From Eledone cirrhosa (Eukaryota), in contig OZ024745.1 in NCBI GenBank assembly GCA_964016885.1, positions 117,366,001-117,430,000 on the forward strand: a stretch of 64,000 bases of DNA, read 5' to 3'. Shown one piece after another: positions 25,848 through 41,278 of this stretch. The translations under genes were made by a program, and so were the position numbers. Numbering within the stretch: the stretch's first letter is position 1; every line of letters starts with the position of its first letter. The notes under the pieces are model-generated. The model had not been told where the DNA came from, did no database searches, and was given only the letters and a program-made list of their open reading frames with translations.

Positions 25848-26799
25848 ATGCATTAACTATTGAACGCTTTGATAATGGTCCCTTGACTCAAAGAAGTAAT
25901 AAAACAGAAGTTTTGAGGGATTGTAATATCCAAGAGTCTTACAATAAAGATCATGCTGCTTCATGCCCAGCATTAGATGAAAAATGTAACTTTGTTGCTA
26001 GTGCCACTCAGACAGATCATTCAGCTTACCAACCATTATATGGCCATCTTAATTCTTCAAACAGCTCTAGTACAAGTGGAGTTATTGATGTAGACTTCAG
26101 TTCAAGTAGCTCTCGCAGCCAAGATGGTCAGAAAAAACGCAAAAATTTTATATGCAGTTCACATAAATTTGAAACTGATAGTCAGACATCCCAAAGCATG
26201 GAGACCAATCCTGAAACTGGAACCTCTCTTGCAAGGCAAAGAAGTCCTAGCTTTAGAGCTGCTATTGAAAGTCATTCAAATGTACATTTACTACCAGCTG
26301 GAGACGATGCACAAACTAGTCGAAAAAACTCTAATTATTTGGCTGTTACACAATACCAGGGCAGTAATCATGATGAACAGATACAATGCTCACGCAACAG
26401 AAGTCTGAGTTTTCAGGCTGCTATTGAAGATGGACAACATAGTCCAATTGATACCCGTGAAACTGATGCCATATCGTCTTGTGCGGATACAACATTGGAT
26501 AATCCAAATCTTGCAGAAGGATTTACACTTGACCCATATGGAAAAATGATATTACCATCTGTGCAAACTGATTCAAGAAGTGTAAACTTTCAGTTAAATA
26601 CCATTGACACTGATATTGGGAATGAACCATTAATGTTAGGAAACATTTCACAGTCTCTGAAATCCTCTGATGATTATTATTCCGGTCATAGTTCACATTT
26701 CAAATCAGATGAATGGAAGAAATCTCATCGAATTGCTTTGAACCAAGAAGTAGAAGTATCTGTAACATATGCTTCACCTTCAGTGTCACTGGATAGCAG
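25848..26799 (+). CDS. Host gene exon G, large Ser-rich probably disordered segment (contains ORF 25883..26803)
   Basis: tttttag| acceptor in phase 1 puts it in the frame of the 306-aa ORF; cag|gtaaga donor, phase 2. Confidence 0.9.
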
Positions 26800-26857
26800 G
26801 TAAGATATTTGTAGAGAATTCTTTAAAAAAAAATTTGCATTAATTTCATTTATTTTT

Positions 26858-27693
<836 letters not shown>

Positions 27694-28170
27694 ATTCAGT
27701 AAATATTCGACAGTTTCTACCAAAATATGTTTTAAATATATTGCAGTAAAAAGGATGAACCTCGGGGAAGACACTGTTAAGTTCTCAGCAATATAGCATG
27801 AGTATTGAAGGGTTTTTGTTTATGATGTTTTCAAAAGTCCCGCTGAAGGTTTGATTAACTCTGTTGTCATAATGAATTACTAATATGACAACCCAGTATA
27901 AATAGTTTTAAAAAATCAGTATACTGTAAAACTTTTATCTATTTAGAATTTAACTTAAGTGTAGGCTTTTGGTAACATAGCATGAGTAGAAAACTAATTG
28001 CATAGTGCAGAAATTTTTAAATGCCAATTAAAATTTCATTAACTCTGTTGGGATTCTAAGTATTCGTTTTATAGCCATTGGGAAATTACTATAACACCAA
28101 TACAGGGAATGTATCAAAAGTCTGCAGTTGATAGGTATTATATTTGTTTCTAATTTTGAATTTTTTTCAG

Positions 28171-28246
28171 ATTTCAGAATGATTATATATTTGCATCGAT
28201 AAAATGGGACAATTTTGTGGAACTAGGGGTCTTGCTGGAAATATAA
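28171..28246 (+). CDS. Possible alternative terminal or poison exon (RFQNDYIFASIKWDNFVELGVLLEI*)
   Basis: Strong acceptor tttttttcag|; read in exon G's phase it stops at 28244-28246; possible donor at 28284, AATAAA at 28851. Confidence 0.35.
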
Positions 28247-28883
28247 GGGTCAGTGATGTTATGGGGACGTCATGTAATGTAAAGTAAGAAGTAGCAGGAG
28301 TGGCATATGCCCTCTTTCACTATCGTTCAGTTTGGAAGAAGCACGTGTTTTTGCTCCGTGTGCTGGGGTCATATGTTTATACGTTCTGGCCAGAGGGTTT
28401 TGGCAGGCAGAGCATTCACTGACACGGATATATCCCATTCTGGACAAGATCAACCAGTGAGACATCCATGAAGTATGTGAGCTATGCCATCCCACCTTCC
28501 TCCCTGTACAAAGGATTTCATGAGTTCCATTCCTACACAAAGATGGTGCACTACAAACATCAAATAACTTTGGGTAGGTTCTTCACCCCTCAAACAGAAG
28601 TAGATGATAAAGAGTCAGAATATAGTACCCCTAATCCTTCCAGTAACTTCCATTGCACTACCTCCCCTGACACAGCAGTCAATATCTTTTGTGGTGAAAC
28701 TGTATCTTATGATATTATGATAATTATTTACTCCCTAATGTATTTTTCTTTAAATGTTTTTAAGTATCATATATGTACTGTACTATGTGTGCTTAGAGTT
28801 ATTGTCATGCAGAAATGTGGTTGTATTACTTATCTTAAATTTTTCTTTGAAATAAAAAGAAAGAAATTCTATGAATGGGAAAT

Positions 28884-30470
28884 AGTGGACAGTATTGACA
28901 ATGAACTGTATTGCCAGATGACACTATTGACAATAGACAGTATTGCCAGTTGACAGTATTGCCAGTGGACAGTATTGCCAGTTGACATTATTGCCAGTTG
29001 ACATTATTGCCAGTTGACAGTATAGACAGTGGACAGTATTGCCAGTTGACAGTATTGACAGCAGACAATATTGCCAGTGGACAGTAATGCTGGTGGACAG
29101 TATTGCCAGTTGACATTATTGCCAGTTGACAGTATAGACAGTGGACAGTATTGGAATGGAACAGTGTTGACAGTATTGTAAGTTGAGAGTATTGCCAGTT
29201 GACAATGGAGAGTATTGCCAGTTGACAGTATTGACAATGGACTGTATTGCAAGTTGACAGTGGACAGTATTGCAAATTGAGAGTATTGTAAGTTGACAGT
29301 ATTGCCAGTTGACAGCATTGCCAGTGGACTGTATTGGCAGTGGACAGCATTGCCAGTTGACAGTATTGGCAGTGGAAAGTATTGCCAGTTGACTGTATTG
29401 ACTGTGGACAGTATTGGCAGTTGACAGTATTACCAGTTGACAGTGTTGACAGTATTGCTAGTTGACAGTATTGGAAGTGAACAGTATTGACAGTGGACAG
29501 TATTACCAGTTGACAGTGTTGACAGTATTGCTAGTTGACAGTATTGGCAGTGGACAGTATTGCCAGTGGAAAGTATTGCCAGTTGACAGTGGACAGTAGT
29601 GCTAGTTGACGGTATTCACAGTGGACAGTATTGTTAATGGACAGTATTGGCAGTTGACAGTATTGTCAATGGATAGTATTTGTCAGTTGACAGTATTGAC
29701 AGTGGACAGTATTGCCAGGGGACAGTTTTGTTAGTTGACAGTATTAGCAGTGGACAGTATTGCCAGTTGACAGTATTGCTAGCAGACAGTATTGCCAGTT
29801 GACAGTATTTCCAGTTAACAGTATTGGCAACGGATAGTATTGCCAGTTGACAGTATTGCAAGTTGGCAGTATTGCCAGTTGACACTATTGCTAATGGACA
29901 GTATTGTCAGTTGACAGTAATGCCAGTTGACAGTATTGCAAGTGGGCAGTAATGCCAGTTGACAGTATTGCCAGTTGACAGTATTGCCAGTTGACAGTAT
30001 TACCAGTTGACTGTATTGCCAGTGGACAGTATTGCCCGTTGACAGTGGACAGCATTGCCAGTTGACAGTATTGACAGTGGACAGTATTGCCAGTTGAAGT
30101 ATTGTCAATTGACAGTATTGCCAGTTGACCGTATTGCCAGTTGACAGTATTGCCAGTTGACAGTGGCCATTAGTGACAGTAGACAGTATTGCCAGTTGAC
30201 AGTATTGCCAGTCTACAGTATTGCCAGTTGACAGTATTGCCAGTTTTCAGTATTGCCAGTGACAGTATTGGCAATGGACAGTATTGCCAGTGGACAGTAT
30301 TGCCAGTTGACAGTATTTCAGTGAACAGTATTGCCAGTTGACAATATTGCCAGTGGACAGTATTGCCAGTTGACAATATTGCCAGTTGACAATATTGCCA
30401 GTGGACAGTATTGCCAGCTGACAGTATTGCCAGCTGACAGTATTGCCAGCTGACAGTATTGACAATGGAC
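28884..30470. repeat. Minisatellite of 16-bp unit GACAGTATTGCCAGTT (~100 units, with variants)
   Basis: Visible directly; source of the spurious LAILSTGNTVNWQYCQ ORFs. Confidence 0.95.
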
Positions 30471-31464
30471 TCAATAAGGATAAATATATATCAAATATAT
30501 AAGAACCGTAGAGCAAATATTTATTAAAATAACAGATTAAAGTTTAAGCAAAGAATCGCTACTTTCACCCTTAACGGGATCTTCTGAAACTGAAAAAGTC
30601 AATCTGTGAACGCAGAAGTAAATATTTCAAAAAATGTTGCAACCGAAGGAATACAGGAAGACGATACTTTGGTTCGTGGAAATGTTCCCTGGCGAAGAAA
30701 GAAAAAAAACGAAGATAATACGTCATTATTTGGAGTGATGAGAACAATTACACGCAAAGACAAAACCACGTAAATGGTATAACTGAAGTCGTAGACTAAA
30801 ATTCTATTTAGGAAACCGAATGATTCTCGGCTACAGAGTTAAGAATAAAGTAAATAAAATACAGATGTAATTGAAAATAAATATATACATACACACATCC
30901 AAATACGTACATACACAAGCATACGCGAAAACACTCGGCATGGGTATGCAAATACAAGCACGTACACAAAAAAACACGCACGCACATACAGAACCCATGC
31001 AACGCCAGTATCCGCACACATAGGAACGTATACACCAAATACACATAAAAATATATGTGTGTGTGTGTGCGTGTATACATATAATTAAATAAACGTCTAT
31101 AAATATACACACATAAATACGTATATAACGTGCACACATACCTACATGTAAATACACATATGTTTGCAGATGTACGTCAACCAAAACACAAAGTACTCAT
31201 ATACACACCCTACATACGTACGAACCCGCATACTCAACAGACGCAAAACTCACGTATACACATAACCAAATGCACATGTACCAGTATATATAATATATAT
31301 GCCATAACATATACAAGAAAATATGCGTACGAGAAAGTATACGTACCTTCACAAAACATACAGGTAATATATACTCACCTATGCAAATAAGTAATGGTAT
31401 AAACATAACATATACTTAGCTACCACATCAAGACATAAAATATCCACGTATAGTTCGTACTATC

Positions 31465-33170
31465 CATTAGGGTATAATGTGGGGCTGTAATACAGGAAAG
31501 TTTTGTGCAATTTATGTTTACAAGCCGAAATTGCCTCAGATTTTTTGTTTAAGATGTGGTCTTTGGCGTAGAGTATTTCCAGGGCCTCAGCGGTGCAGAG
31601 GTCACATGGTCTTTTATTTCCGTTATACGATCTAGCCTAAGCTAGGATCTCCCAGTGTAACTTATATTGGGTGTAGTTGTCTTTTAGACTCCAGATATAA
31701 GCTGAAAGTGACATCATATTCCTTCTTAAAGGGTTAAGAAAAGAATGGGTATGCATGTAAAGACGCTGCTTGAATCTATTGGCGGTTAACCCTATGTAGG
31801 CCCTACAGGACGTGGGTGTTTCAACCTTACATTTGTAGACAATGTTACTAGAGAGGCATTTCCTGGATAGGGGGCAGTCAACCCGATTCCTACAATTACA
31901 GTTAGTACTAGCTACAGGGTTACACGTGTTCCTACGGCTAGGTAGTTCAGCTAAATTTGAAGCTGTGATGTTTTGTGCAAAGTTAGGAGTCGTAGAGTAA
32001 GAGATTTTAATGGTATTTCTATTAAAAATGTTACTATATTTATGTGCTGGGGGGAAATGCTTCATAATAAGGGAGAGAAAGATCTCAGCTAATGGTGTGG
32101 CCACCTCCATATTATATGGTGGGTTATACCATATAATGCGTCGGGATCTATTTTTCCTAGGTCTATTCTCGTACTCTGTATAAGCTACCTTATCGACAAA
32201 TCCACTCCAAGCAAGAGCTTCATTGTAATATGTGGAATGGTCGTTGAAAATATGCTCGTTTGTGGATAGACAGGAAAGCCTCAAAGAAACGTTTCTTACC
32301 AGGTTCTTGGTTATGTTGGTAGGATGGTTAGAATGCTTACTTATGTAATTAAGTGTATCATTCGGCTTTCTATACGGGTTGCAAGCCATTCGGCAAATTG
32401 AGGGTAACATCAAGGTAATTATCGACCGAGAGGTTGGCCTCAACCTGTATGGAGAGGTTGAAGCCTTTAAAGAAGGCTGTGAGTTCTTTTCTGAACCTGT
32501 CGCAAGCACGTGGGCTGCACTTTGTCATGGTCAAAAGACCATCATCACGGTACAAACCACTGCCCACGCTGGGGAATTATTCCTTGATAGAGAAATGAAG
32601 GAAAAAGCCGATAAGATCAGTAACCTCTGCAGAATCGCTGGCGCCCATACTCACGTCGAATAGGGTACTTTTTTAAATCCAAATAGAGTCGTCGAAATTA
32701 ATCACCGACTTCCGGGCATTGAGGATGACATCAACTTCGAAATCCTTAACCACTGTGAGTGGTTTAGCGAAATTGATAGCTCTAAGAAGAAGTGGTAAAG
32801 TGATAGAGGAGTAGTAATTATTGATGTTGAATTGGTTAAAACAGCAATGTTCCTTGTTGCATATGCCGTTGAACCAATCAATCACCGCGAAAGAATTGTT
32901 CCACAGTACAAGAGGGGCCAAACTTCTAATTTCAGGTATAATTCTATCTAAAATCCTTTTACTAAGTCTACCTAAATCGGACTTCATAGGGTTAATAAAC
33001 CAAATAGAGGGGTTGTTCAGGAAATTGGATTTGTGATCCTTCAGGGTAAAGTGGGGAGAAATAGGGTCCAGAGGTTCAGTCCGGTCCAGGATGTTGAGAT
33101 CAGAGGTCATTTTAAACCCAGCATCGTTGATTTCATTAATGACGCTGCGATTAGTTTTACGGTAATCCTT
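31465..33170 (-). mobile_element. 5'-truncated Penelope-like retroelement (RT + GIY-YIG endonuclease), frameshifted
   Basis: TLKDHKSNF..NP..INPMKSDLG, MGASDSAEVTDL, GLYRDDGL, YISKHSNHP, WYNPPY, CNCR...CPL..KCL..NIVYKC...YIGLT..FKQR. Confidence 0.92.
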
Positions 33171-33589
33171 AGATATATATATAGTTATGTAATAAACAGC
33201 ATAAGATAATTATTTCATTTACCAATGGGTTCTTGGAGACAGATACTTATGTTTGTCTTCATTCATCAGAAAAAATATTTATTATGGAATAGTGATATGG
33301 ATTTGAAAACAGAGTTTAGGATAAATGAAAGTGAGACTGAAATAAAATAACGGGCATAAGTTGAGGGGAAAAAATATATAAATATCCAAATACATAAACA
33401 TACATATACACAAACTCACGCATATATGTAATAGTATGTAAACATATATATATTCACACATAGTATATGTGCGTCTGCATGGAAATACAAATACACACAT
33501 ATACGTGCGATCTTTCGCTCACATATGTGCACGCACAGTCACGCAATCACACACGTACTCAATATTAACGTATAAATATATATACACAC

Positions 33590-34680
<1,091 letters not shown>

Positions 34681-34694
34681 TAATATAAAAAAAG

Positions 34695-34949
34695 AGATGT
34701 TTGTTTGGTGGTAGTTTGTCATCACCCCTCCTTACTCAGTCGATGCCATCACCCCTTCCTTCCTCAGTCGACGTCATCATCCCTTCCTTCCTCAGTCGAC
34801 GTAATCATCCCTTCCTTCCTCAGTCGATGTCATCACCCCTCCCTCAGTTGATGTCATCACTCTTTCCTTCCTCAATCGATGTAATCACCCCTTCCTTAGT
34901 CATCTCTAGTGTGTGACGGACAAATACACAAGCCTTTTATATTAGTAGA
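34695..34949 (-). mobile_element. Helitron-like 5' end with ~28-bp minisatellite (cctcagtcgatgtcatcaccccttcctt)
   Basis: A|TCTACTAATATAAAA start on minus strand, like other Helitron ends here; about 6 repeat units. Confidence 0.5.
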
Positions 34950-35428
34950 TCATTTTTCAGTATCTGTTTTTGTTTTTCTGTAAAGAAAACTCTCCTTCAA
35001 AAGTTTTACTTAATAAATTCACAAAATTTCATATACAACATTTAATTTACAGAAGTTACTCTAGATTCAAAAACAATTTTGGAACTGCAAATGAATGATT
35101 TGCTGGTAAATGCTGCAAAAGAGATTAGATTTGATAAACCTAACTAGAAATAATTGTTTCTACTTTAGGCACAAGGCCAGCAATTATCCAGTACATTACT
35201 GGTACTTTATTTTATCGACCCCGTAAGGATGAAAGGCAAAGTAACCTAATTAGAAATAATAATTCTTCATAAGGAAAACATTCCTTAATTGATAGTATAC
35301 TTCAAATTTCATTAAAATACTTCTATATTTATGTAAGTATATGCGTGTAAGTTTAAGAACATTTATGTCAGAATAAACTAAAAAAATTACTGTAAATGCT
35401 ATAATGTAATATTTTTGTTGTATTTCAG

Positions 35429-35750
35429 TAGTTCTGATGTTCCCCAAAAGTCATGTATTCGTGACAGTAATCTTCTAAGAAGTGGATCAAATACTGAAGG
35501 GATCCAAATTATTAATAACAGTGAAATGTCATTAAAGACTAATAAAGCTCCTGAAGTTGAATCAGAAATGTCATCTACAAGCCATGTTCAGTTAAGAAAC
35601 ATACGAAAATTAGGCGTTCATTCCATGGAATTTCCTAAAGAAGCTCTACTTCAAGATGAAAATGTTGGCTCAAATTCTTTAAAGCTAGCCAATAACAAAG
35701 AGGTAACAATTTGCACACAGAAGCAACAGGAAATAAACTCTACACCAAAG
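35429..35750 (+). CDS. Host gene exon H (SSDVPQKSCIRDSN...INSTPK)
   Basis: tatttcag| acceptor in phase 2 matches exon G; aag|gttagt donor phase 0 (alternative in-frame donor gag|gtaaca at 35703). Confidence 0.8.
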
Positions 35751-36637
35751 GTTAGTATAATGAGTGCTTCTTCTTCCACTTGTTCTTCACTCACATATTC
35801 CTGAGAGGGTCGTGGAGACAGAGTCCTCAAGTACTCCTTTCAGTATGTCCTGTCAGAAGCAACCATTTCTAATTGATCCAACTGGATCCCCACGCGAGAC
35901 TAGCCAAGTTCATGGATGTTATCCAACCATCTTGCTTGAGGTTTACCCCTGGGTCTCCTGCCGGTTGGTTTTGCCCATAAAATCTGTCCAGTGATTCCCT
36001 CCTCAGACATTCTAACTACATGGCCATACTATTGGAGCTATGATCTCTCAATTTGGAGCAGTAGTGGCTCTACCTGGAGTGACTTTCTGACCTCCGGGTT
36101 ATGCACTCTATCAAGTAACTTACTTCGAAGACCCTTTACCGGGTTGGTAATTTCTTTGTTGACCTTGAAAGGATGAAAGGCAAAATAGACCGTAGCAGGA
36201 TTTTAACTCAGAACAGTGACCCAGAACAAATGCCCAACACTCTTATGACTGCCAAATCGACACTCTTAACACTTGTGAATATATATATGGAAGTGTGTGG
36301 CCTAGTGGTAAGGGTGTTGGACTTACGACCATAACGTTGTTGGTTCAATTGGACTGGGTTGTGTGTTGTGTTCTTGAGCAAAACACTTCATTTCATGTTG
36401 CTCCAGTATACTCAACTGAAAATGAGTACCAACAATAGCTGGGAGTATTGTACTCTCAGTCGCTTAACGCCATGGAAACCGGGATAAGCACCGGCCTGAT
36501 GAGCCTCCGGGCTCGAGATGGGCTTTAGACTTTGTGAGATAAACATCGTCCTCTGACCTGATTCTCTCCCTAAGGGTCTGCCCATCCTACCCATGCTAGC
36601 ATGGAAGATGGACTTTAAATGATGATGATGATGATGA

Positions 36638-36673
<36 letters not shown>

Positions 36674-36999
36674 TCATCATTTAACGTCTGGCTTCCACGC
36701 TAGCATGGGTTAGATGGGTTTGTCTCATTAAAGGCAAGTTGGGTCTCGCTCTTATAGGACTGTTTCTGGCTGGTTTTCTACAGCTGGATGCCCTTCCTAA
36801 TACCAAACACTTTACAGTGTGCGCTGGGCACTTTTTGCCGTGTCACCATTATGACCACTTTACAGTGGGGGCTGGGGGCTTCGCTGGATGCATTTACTTT
36901 AGCCTGTCCTCATGGGGGTGTATGGGAGGGTATGTTCGGACATACTGTATATATGCTTCAGCTTGTGCCTGTGAGAAGTGGGGTCTTCTGTATTACTGC

Positions 37000-37720
37000 C
37001 TATCACCAGTTATCACAATGTTGTCCAACATGACCATTAAGGTCGCCAGCAATAATTATGTAGTCACTGTCGGTTATTTGGGAGGTAATGCGCATTAGCA
37101 TGTCTTTTATAACGTTTGGTAGTCCAGATTGGGGTGCATAAGCAGATATTATTGACACAACTCTCCTATTTAGAACTAGTCTTATTTTAATTATTCTGCC
37201 ATTCACTCTATTTATGGCAATTTCTGCTAACATAATTCCTACAGCATCCAGCCCGCAATCACATCCCATTCAGAAAAGCATATAGCATCATTTCTTGCCT
37301 AAAATGAATCTAGCAGACTCACCCCTCCATCTGCTCTCTTGAACACAATAAACATGAACTTCTGTACAATCAAGCATCTCTACAACCTCATTTGAGCGAG
37401 CTTTCAATGTACCTACATTCATAGTACCAACTCTGAAGGTTTGGAGTTCGCTGGGAGGGAAGAAGGGATGGGATCGGAGCACAGGGAGGGGTGTGGGAGA
37501 CGGAATTACGTTGGTCTTGGTCTTCCATGTCTGAAATAAAGACGAGTGCTTCCATGCTTTGCCCGGAGACAGGAGGTGAATTTATCTTTGTCATTGTCAG
37601 TGCTCAGACTCTCCAACTCTGTAGTCCATTTATCATAGTAAACAACAACCAGGTCTAATCTTAAGGAGTAGAAGCTTTGAGATAGAGATTAGTATTAGAA
37701 ACCTTACTATAAAACCACTG
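37000..37720 (-). mobile_element. RTE LINE 5' portion with AP-endonuclease domain
   Basis: RVGTMNVGTL...CVQESRW, AVGIML...SIISAYAPQ, IAGDLNGHVG motifs. Confidence 0.9.
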
Positions 37721-38442
37721 AGTTTTGATTGGACCAAATAACTATGGTGGTGGGTGGGTGTTAGGGAAACGGGTAACTTTTGGAGACAATGTACTTAATG
37801 AACGTAGGAGAGATTGAAAAACAAAAACAAAAATAGGTAAACATAACGGATTTCCTAACTAGAAAACTTAATTCTAGAACGAAATGACTAAATGGACGGA
37901 GAGGTAGGAGAGAATATTGAAAAATTTACATTACAGAATCCACTACAGTGTAGGAAAACCCAGATAAAATCCTCTTTGGTTATACAACTAAAGTATACTC
38001 TACATCTGCGTTCAGTGGGGGGGGGGGGGTGTTCAATGTCATGGAGACAACATACTTAACCAAAGTGTGAGAGATTGAAAAACAAAAACAACAACAATAG
38101 GTAAACATAACGCATTTTCTTATCAGAAAACTTAATTCTAGAACCAAATGACTAAATAAACTTTTGGAGAGGTACTTTATATATATATATATATCTCTCT
38201 CTATATATATATATAAAAAAAACACACAGTCCACGCTGTAATGTGGCCGTGTAGGTAACACGGTAAAAACCTCCCAGTCCACACTGTAAACGTGGTTGGT
38301 GTTAAGAAGGGCATCCAGCCGTAGAAAACCCGCCAGACAGTCCTATGCGAGCAAGACAACCACTCTTGCCTCAAGTGGGAAAACTCCCGTCCAAACCCAT
38401 GCAAGCGTGGAAGATGGACGTTAAACGGTGATGATGATGATG

Positions 38443-41100
38443 GTATAAATGCAAGTTTACGATTCTGTGTGTCCACCTAAAACTAGCAAACTACCGGACC
38501 AAACTCCTCAAAATTACATGTACATATTCACTATACATTCGGACAGGTAACGGTTGAAAAAGTTTTACTTTGCAAAGCAAGGAATTCATTTAAATTCAAT
38601 TTATCTTATTTTCTAATGAATATCAAAAGAGATCCATTTTGTTTTTTTATGTTCTCCAGTCTGTAGATAAGAGAGGCAGGGATGGGAGAGAGAAAGAGAT
38701 AGAGAGTAAGGGATGAGAGAGAGAGAGAGATAGTGAGTGGATGGGAGAGAGAGTAAGGCGATGTGAGAGAGAAATAAAGAGAGTAAGGGATGAGAGAGAG
38801 AGTGGGAGTAAGGGGATGTGAAAGAGAAAGAAAGAGAGTAAGGGGATGAGAGAGAAAGACGATGAAAGAGAGAGAGGGAAAGTAACCAGCGTTCTTAACT
38901 TTCATTTATTTATTATTTTTACACACTTTTTAACTCTTCCGCTTCCTTAACGTTATTTATCTTTTCTTTATTTTTTGTTCTCTCTTCCGTAGAGAGAGGG
39001 GGATGTGAGAGAGAAAAAGAGAGAGAGAGAGTAATGGGATGGGAGAGAGAGAGGGAAAGCAGCTAGCGTTCATTAACTTTAATTTATTTATTATTTTTAC
39101 ACACTTCTTAACTCTCCCAATGTTATATTTTATTTATTTTTTGTTTGCTATATGGTAGAGGATGAGAGAGAAAGAAAGAGAGGAGATGAGAAAGAGAAAG
39201 AGAGTGAGGCGGATGGGGAGAGAAAGACAATAAGAAAAGAGAAAAGATGGGAGAGAGAAAAAAAGTAAAGAGGCAGGAGAGAGAAAGGGTGGTTGGTGGG
39301 ATTATTTACCGAACGAACGTGTGTCCGCATTTATATATATATTTACACACACATATGTGTGTTAGCAGACGATATATCATACCATCAAAGCTTATTTTAT
39401 ACATATGTCTAAAGAAATCACAGATGCTTTTATAGAAGTTGTATATATGTATGTATTTAATAGACAAAAAAAAAAAAATACATGTCTAAAATTAATTACA
39501 CCTAATATGCATTCATATAAAGAGATCATTTAAAACAACTTTACTGAGTGAACAATACATTCTATAGTTGTTTCTATTTCGGAAAGAGTGTGGTGTATAA
39601 TAATTGTTTCTACTTTTGGCACAAGGCCAGCAATTATTCCAGTGCATTACTGGTACTTTATTTTATCGTGTGGTGTGTAATAATATCACTTGAAATGCCT
39701 AGAAAACGTTCAAGATCATTATATGGAAGGTCATCTTCAGAGGCTAAGAGAAAGAAAACACACCGATCTGAAGAAAGTGAAGAAGTTCGGCATGCCCGTC
39801 TAGCTGCTAACAGAGCCCAAACAGCTTTAGCATGAGCACACCATTTGGATGAAAGGGAACAAAGGACTGCTGCTACACAAGAACAACAAATTAAGGAACA
39901 GCAGCAAATCAGACGAAATGCTAATCAAGCACATCGTTCTACTACCCGAGCAGGAAAACAAGCCACAAGTAAAATGAACTGGCTGATGGGTGCTTTTTCT
40001 TATGACCCCAAAAGGACTACAGCAGTAATCCACGAATCAACATTGGGAAAAAGAACAAATGCTGCCAGTATTGTGGTGCCAAGAAGTGGGCAGCAGAAAC
40101 ACCATGTCTATGCTGCTCAAAAGGCAAAGTGAGCCTTAAAACAATCCAAGAACCTCCTGAATTTCTGAAGAATCTGCTCCTTCAGCATACACCAGAAGCA
40201 CGACACTTCAATAAATACATCATAAAATATAATTCTGCCTTTCAAATGACATCTTTTGGGGCTGACAGGAATGTGACTGACTTTAGATTCTGTACAACTT
40301 ATAAAATTCAGGGATAGAGTTACCACTTAATGGGTGGCTCTCTGCCACTTTCACAGAAGCCTCATAAATTTGTGCAGGTTAACTTCATGGGTGGAAATGA
40401 AACACAGGCACAACAAAGATGTACCAATGTCCATGGTGGATTGCAGTTCTATATAGTCATAAAGTTACAAGAAATGCTTCACCAACATCACATGTACGTC
40501 AGTGTATTTAAATATGCACTGGAGCATATGAACAACACCAGGGATCGTAAAATCATCATTAGGGCAGACAAACGCCCAGCTTCAGAACATGAATGCAGAT
40601 TCAATGCACCTGTCACTGATGAAGTTGCATTCATAATTGTTTCTACTTTAGGCACAAGGTCAGCAATTACCCAGTGCATTACTGGTACTTTATTTTATCG
40701 ACCCCGTAAGGATGAAAGGCAAAGTCAACCTCAGCGGGATTTGAACTCAGATCATAAAGGGACGTAACTATGCTGGAAAGCATGGCGTCCGACCCTCTAC
40801 CGATACTGCCAATCCACCGCTTGCAATCATAATGGTTGATGAACAGCATGAACGACGTGACATTGTTTTGCAAAAACGAAGTGGACATTTGGAGCAAATT
40901 TGTAAAACTCATAGAGCCTATGATTCACTCCAATATCCACTCATCTTTTGGAATGGTCAAGATGGATATCATTTTCAGCTACGGCAGATCAGCCCTGGAT
41001 CGGGACAAGAAACTGGCCAATCAAACAGCTGCAAAGAATTCTATGCTTAACATTTCATGGTATGTGATCACTTCAACAAAGTTCTGCAATTCAAAGAATT
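38443..41100 (+). mobile_element. Helitron remnant with disrupted RepHel N-terminal region (39695-41100), interrupted by SINEs
   Basis: CQYCGAKKW..E..LCCSKGKV, KYNSAFQMTSFGA, HECRFNAPVTDEVA, HRAYDSLQYPLIFWNGQDGYH; SINE 40638-40820 has 13-bp TSD (40625-37/40821-33). Confidence 0.88.
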
Positions 41101-41278
41101 ATAGAGAGAGATCGCTAAATCGCCTGATGCGGTCCCTAGGCCATTGAAAATTTGAAATTTTTTTTGCTCAAAACACCCACAGGACCATAAGTATTACATG
41201 TGTAAAGTTTGTAAACAATCGGTTGGGTGGTTCTGGAGCTGACAGACAGAGAGACATTCTCTGTTTTAGATATATAGA
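41101..41278 (-). mobile_element. 5' end of a non-autonomous Helitron related to 9211-9400
   Basis: Reverse-complement similarity to 9211-9400; A|TC terminus. Confidence 0.7.

Noticed and set aside
28468-28953. 161-aa ORF as an independent gene
   Set aside because: No recognisable domain or splice context; runs into AT-rich DNA and the satellite
28884-30470. Regular short repeats as a CRISPR array or repeat protein
   Set aside because: No unique spacers or cas genes; ORFs are frame-rotating artefacts of a 16-bp unit
36475-36520. GAAAC...CTGATGA-hairpin inside SINE family 2
   Set aside because: No GAAA after the hairpin and no closing stems; part of the SINE body
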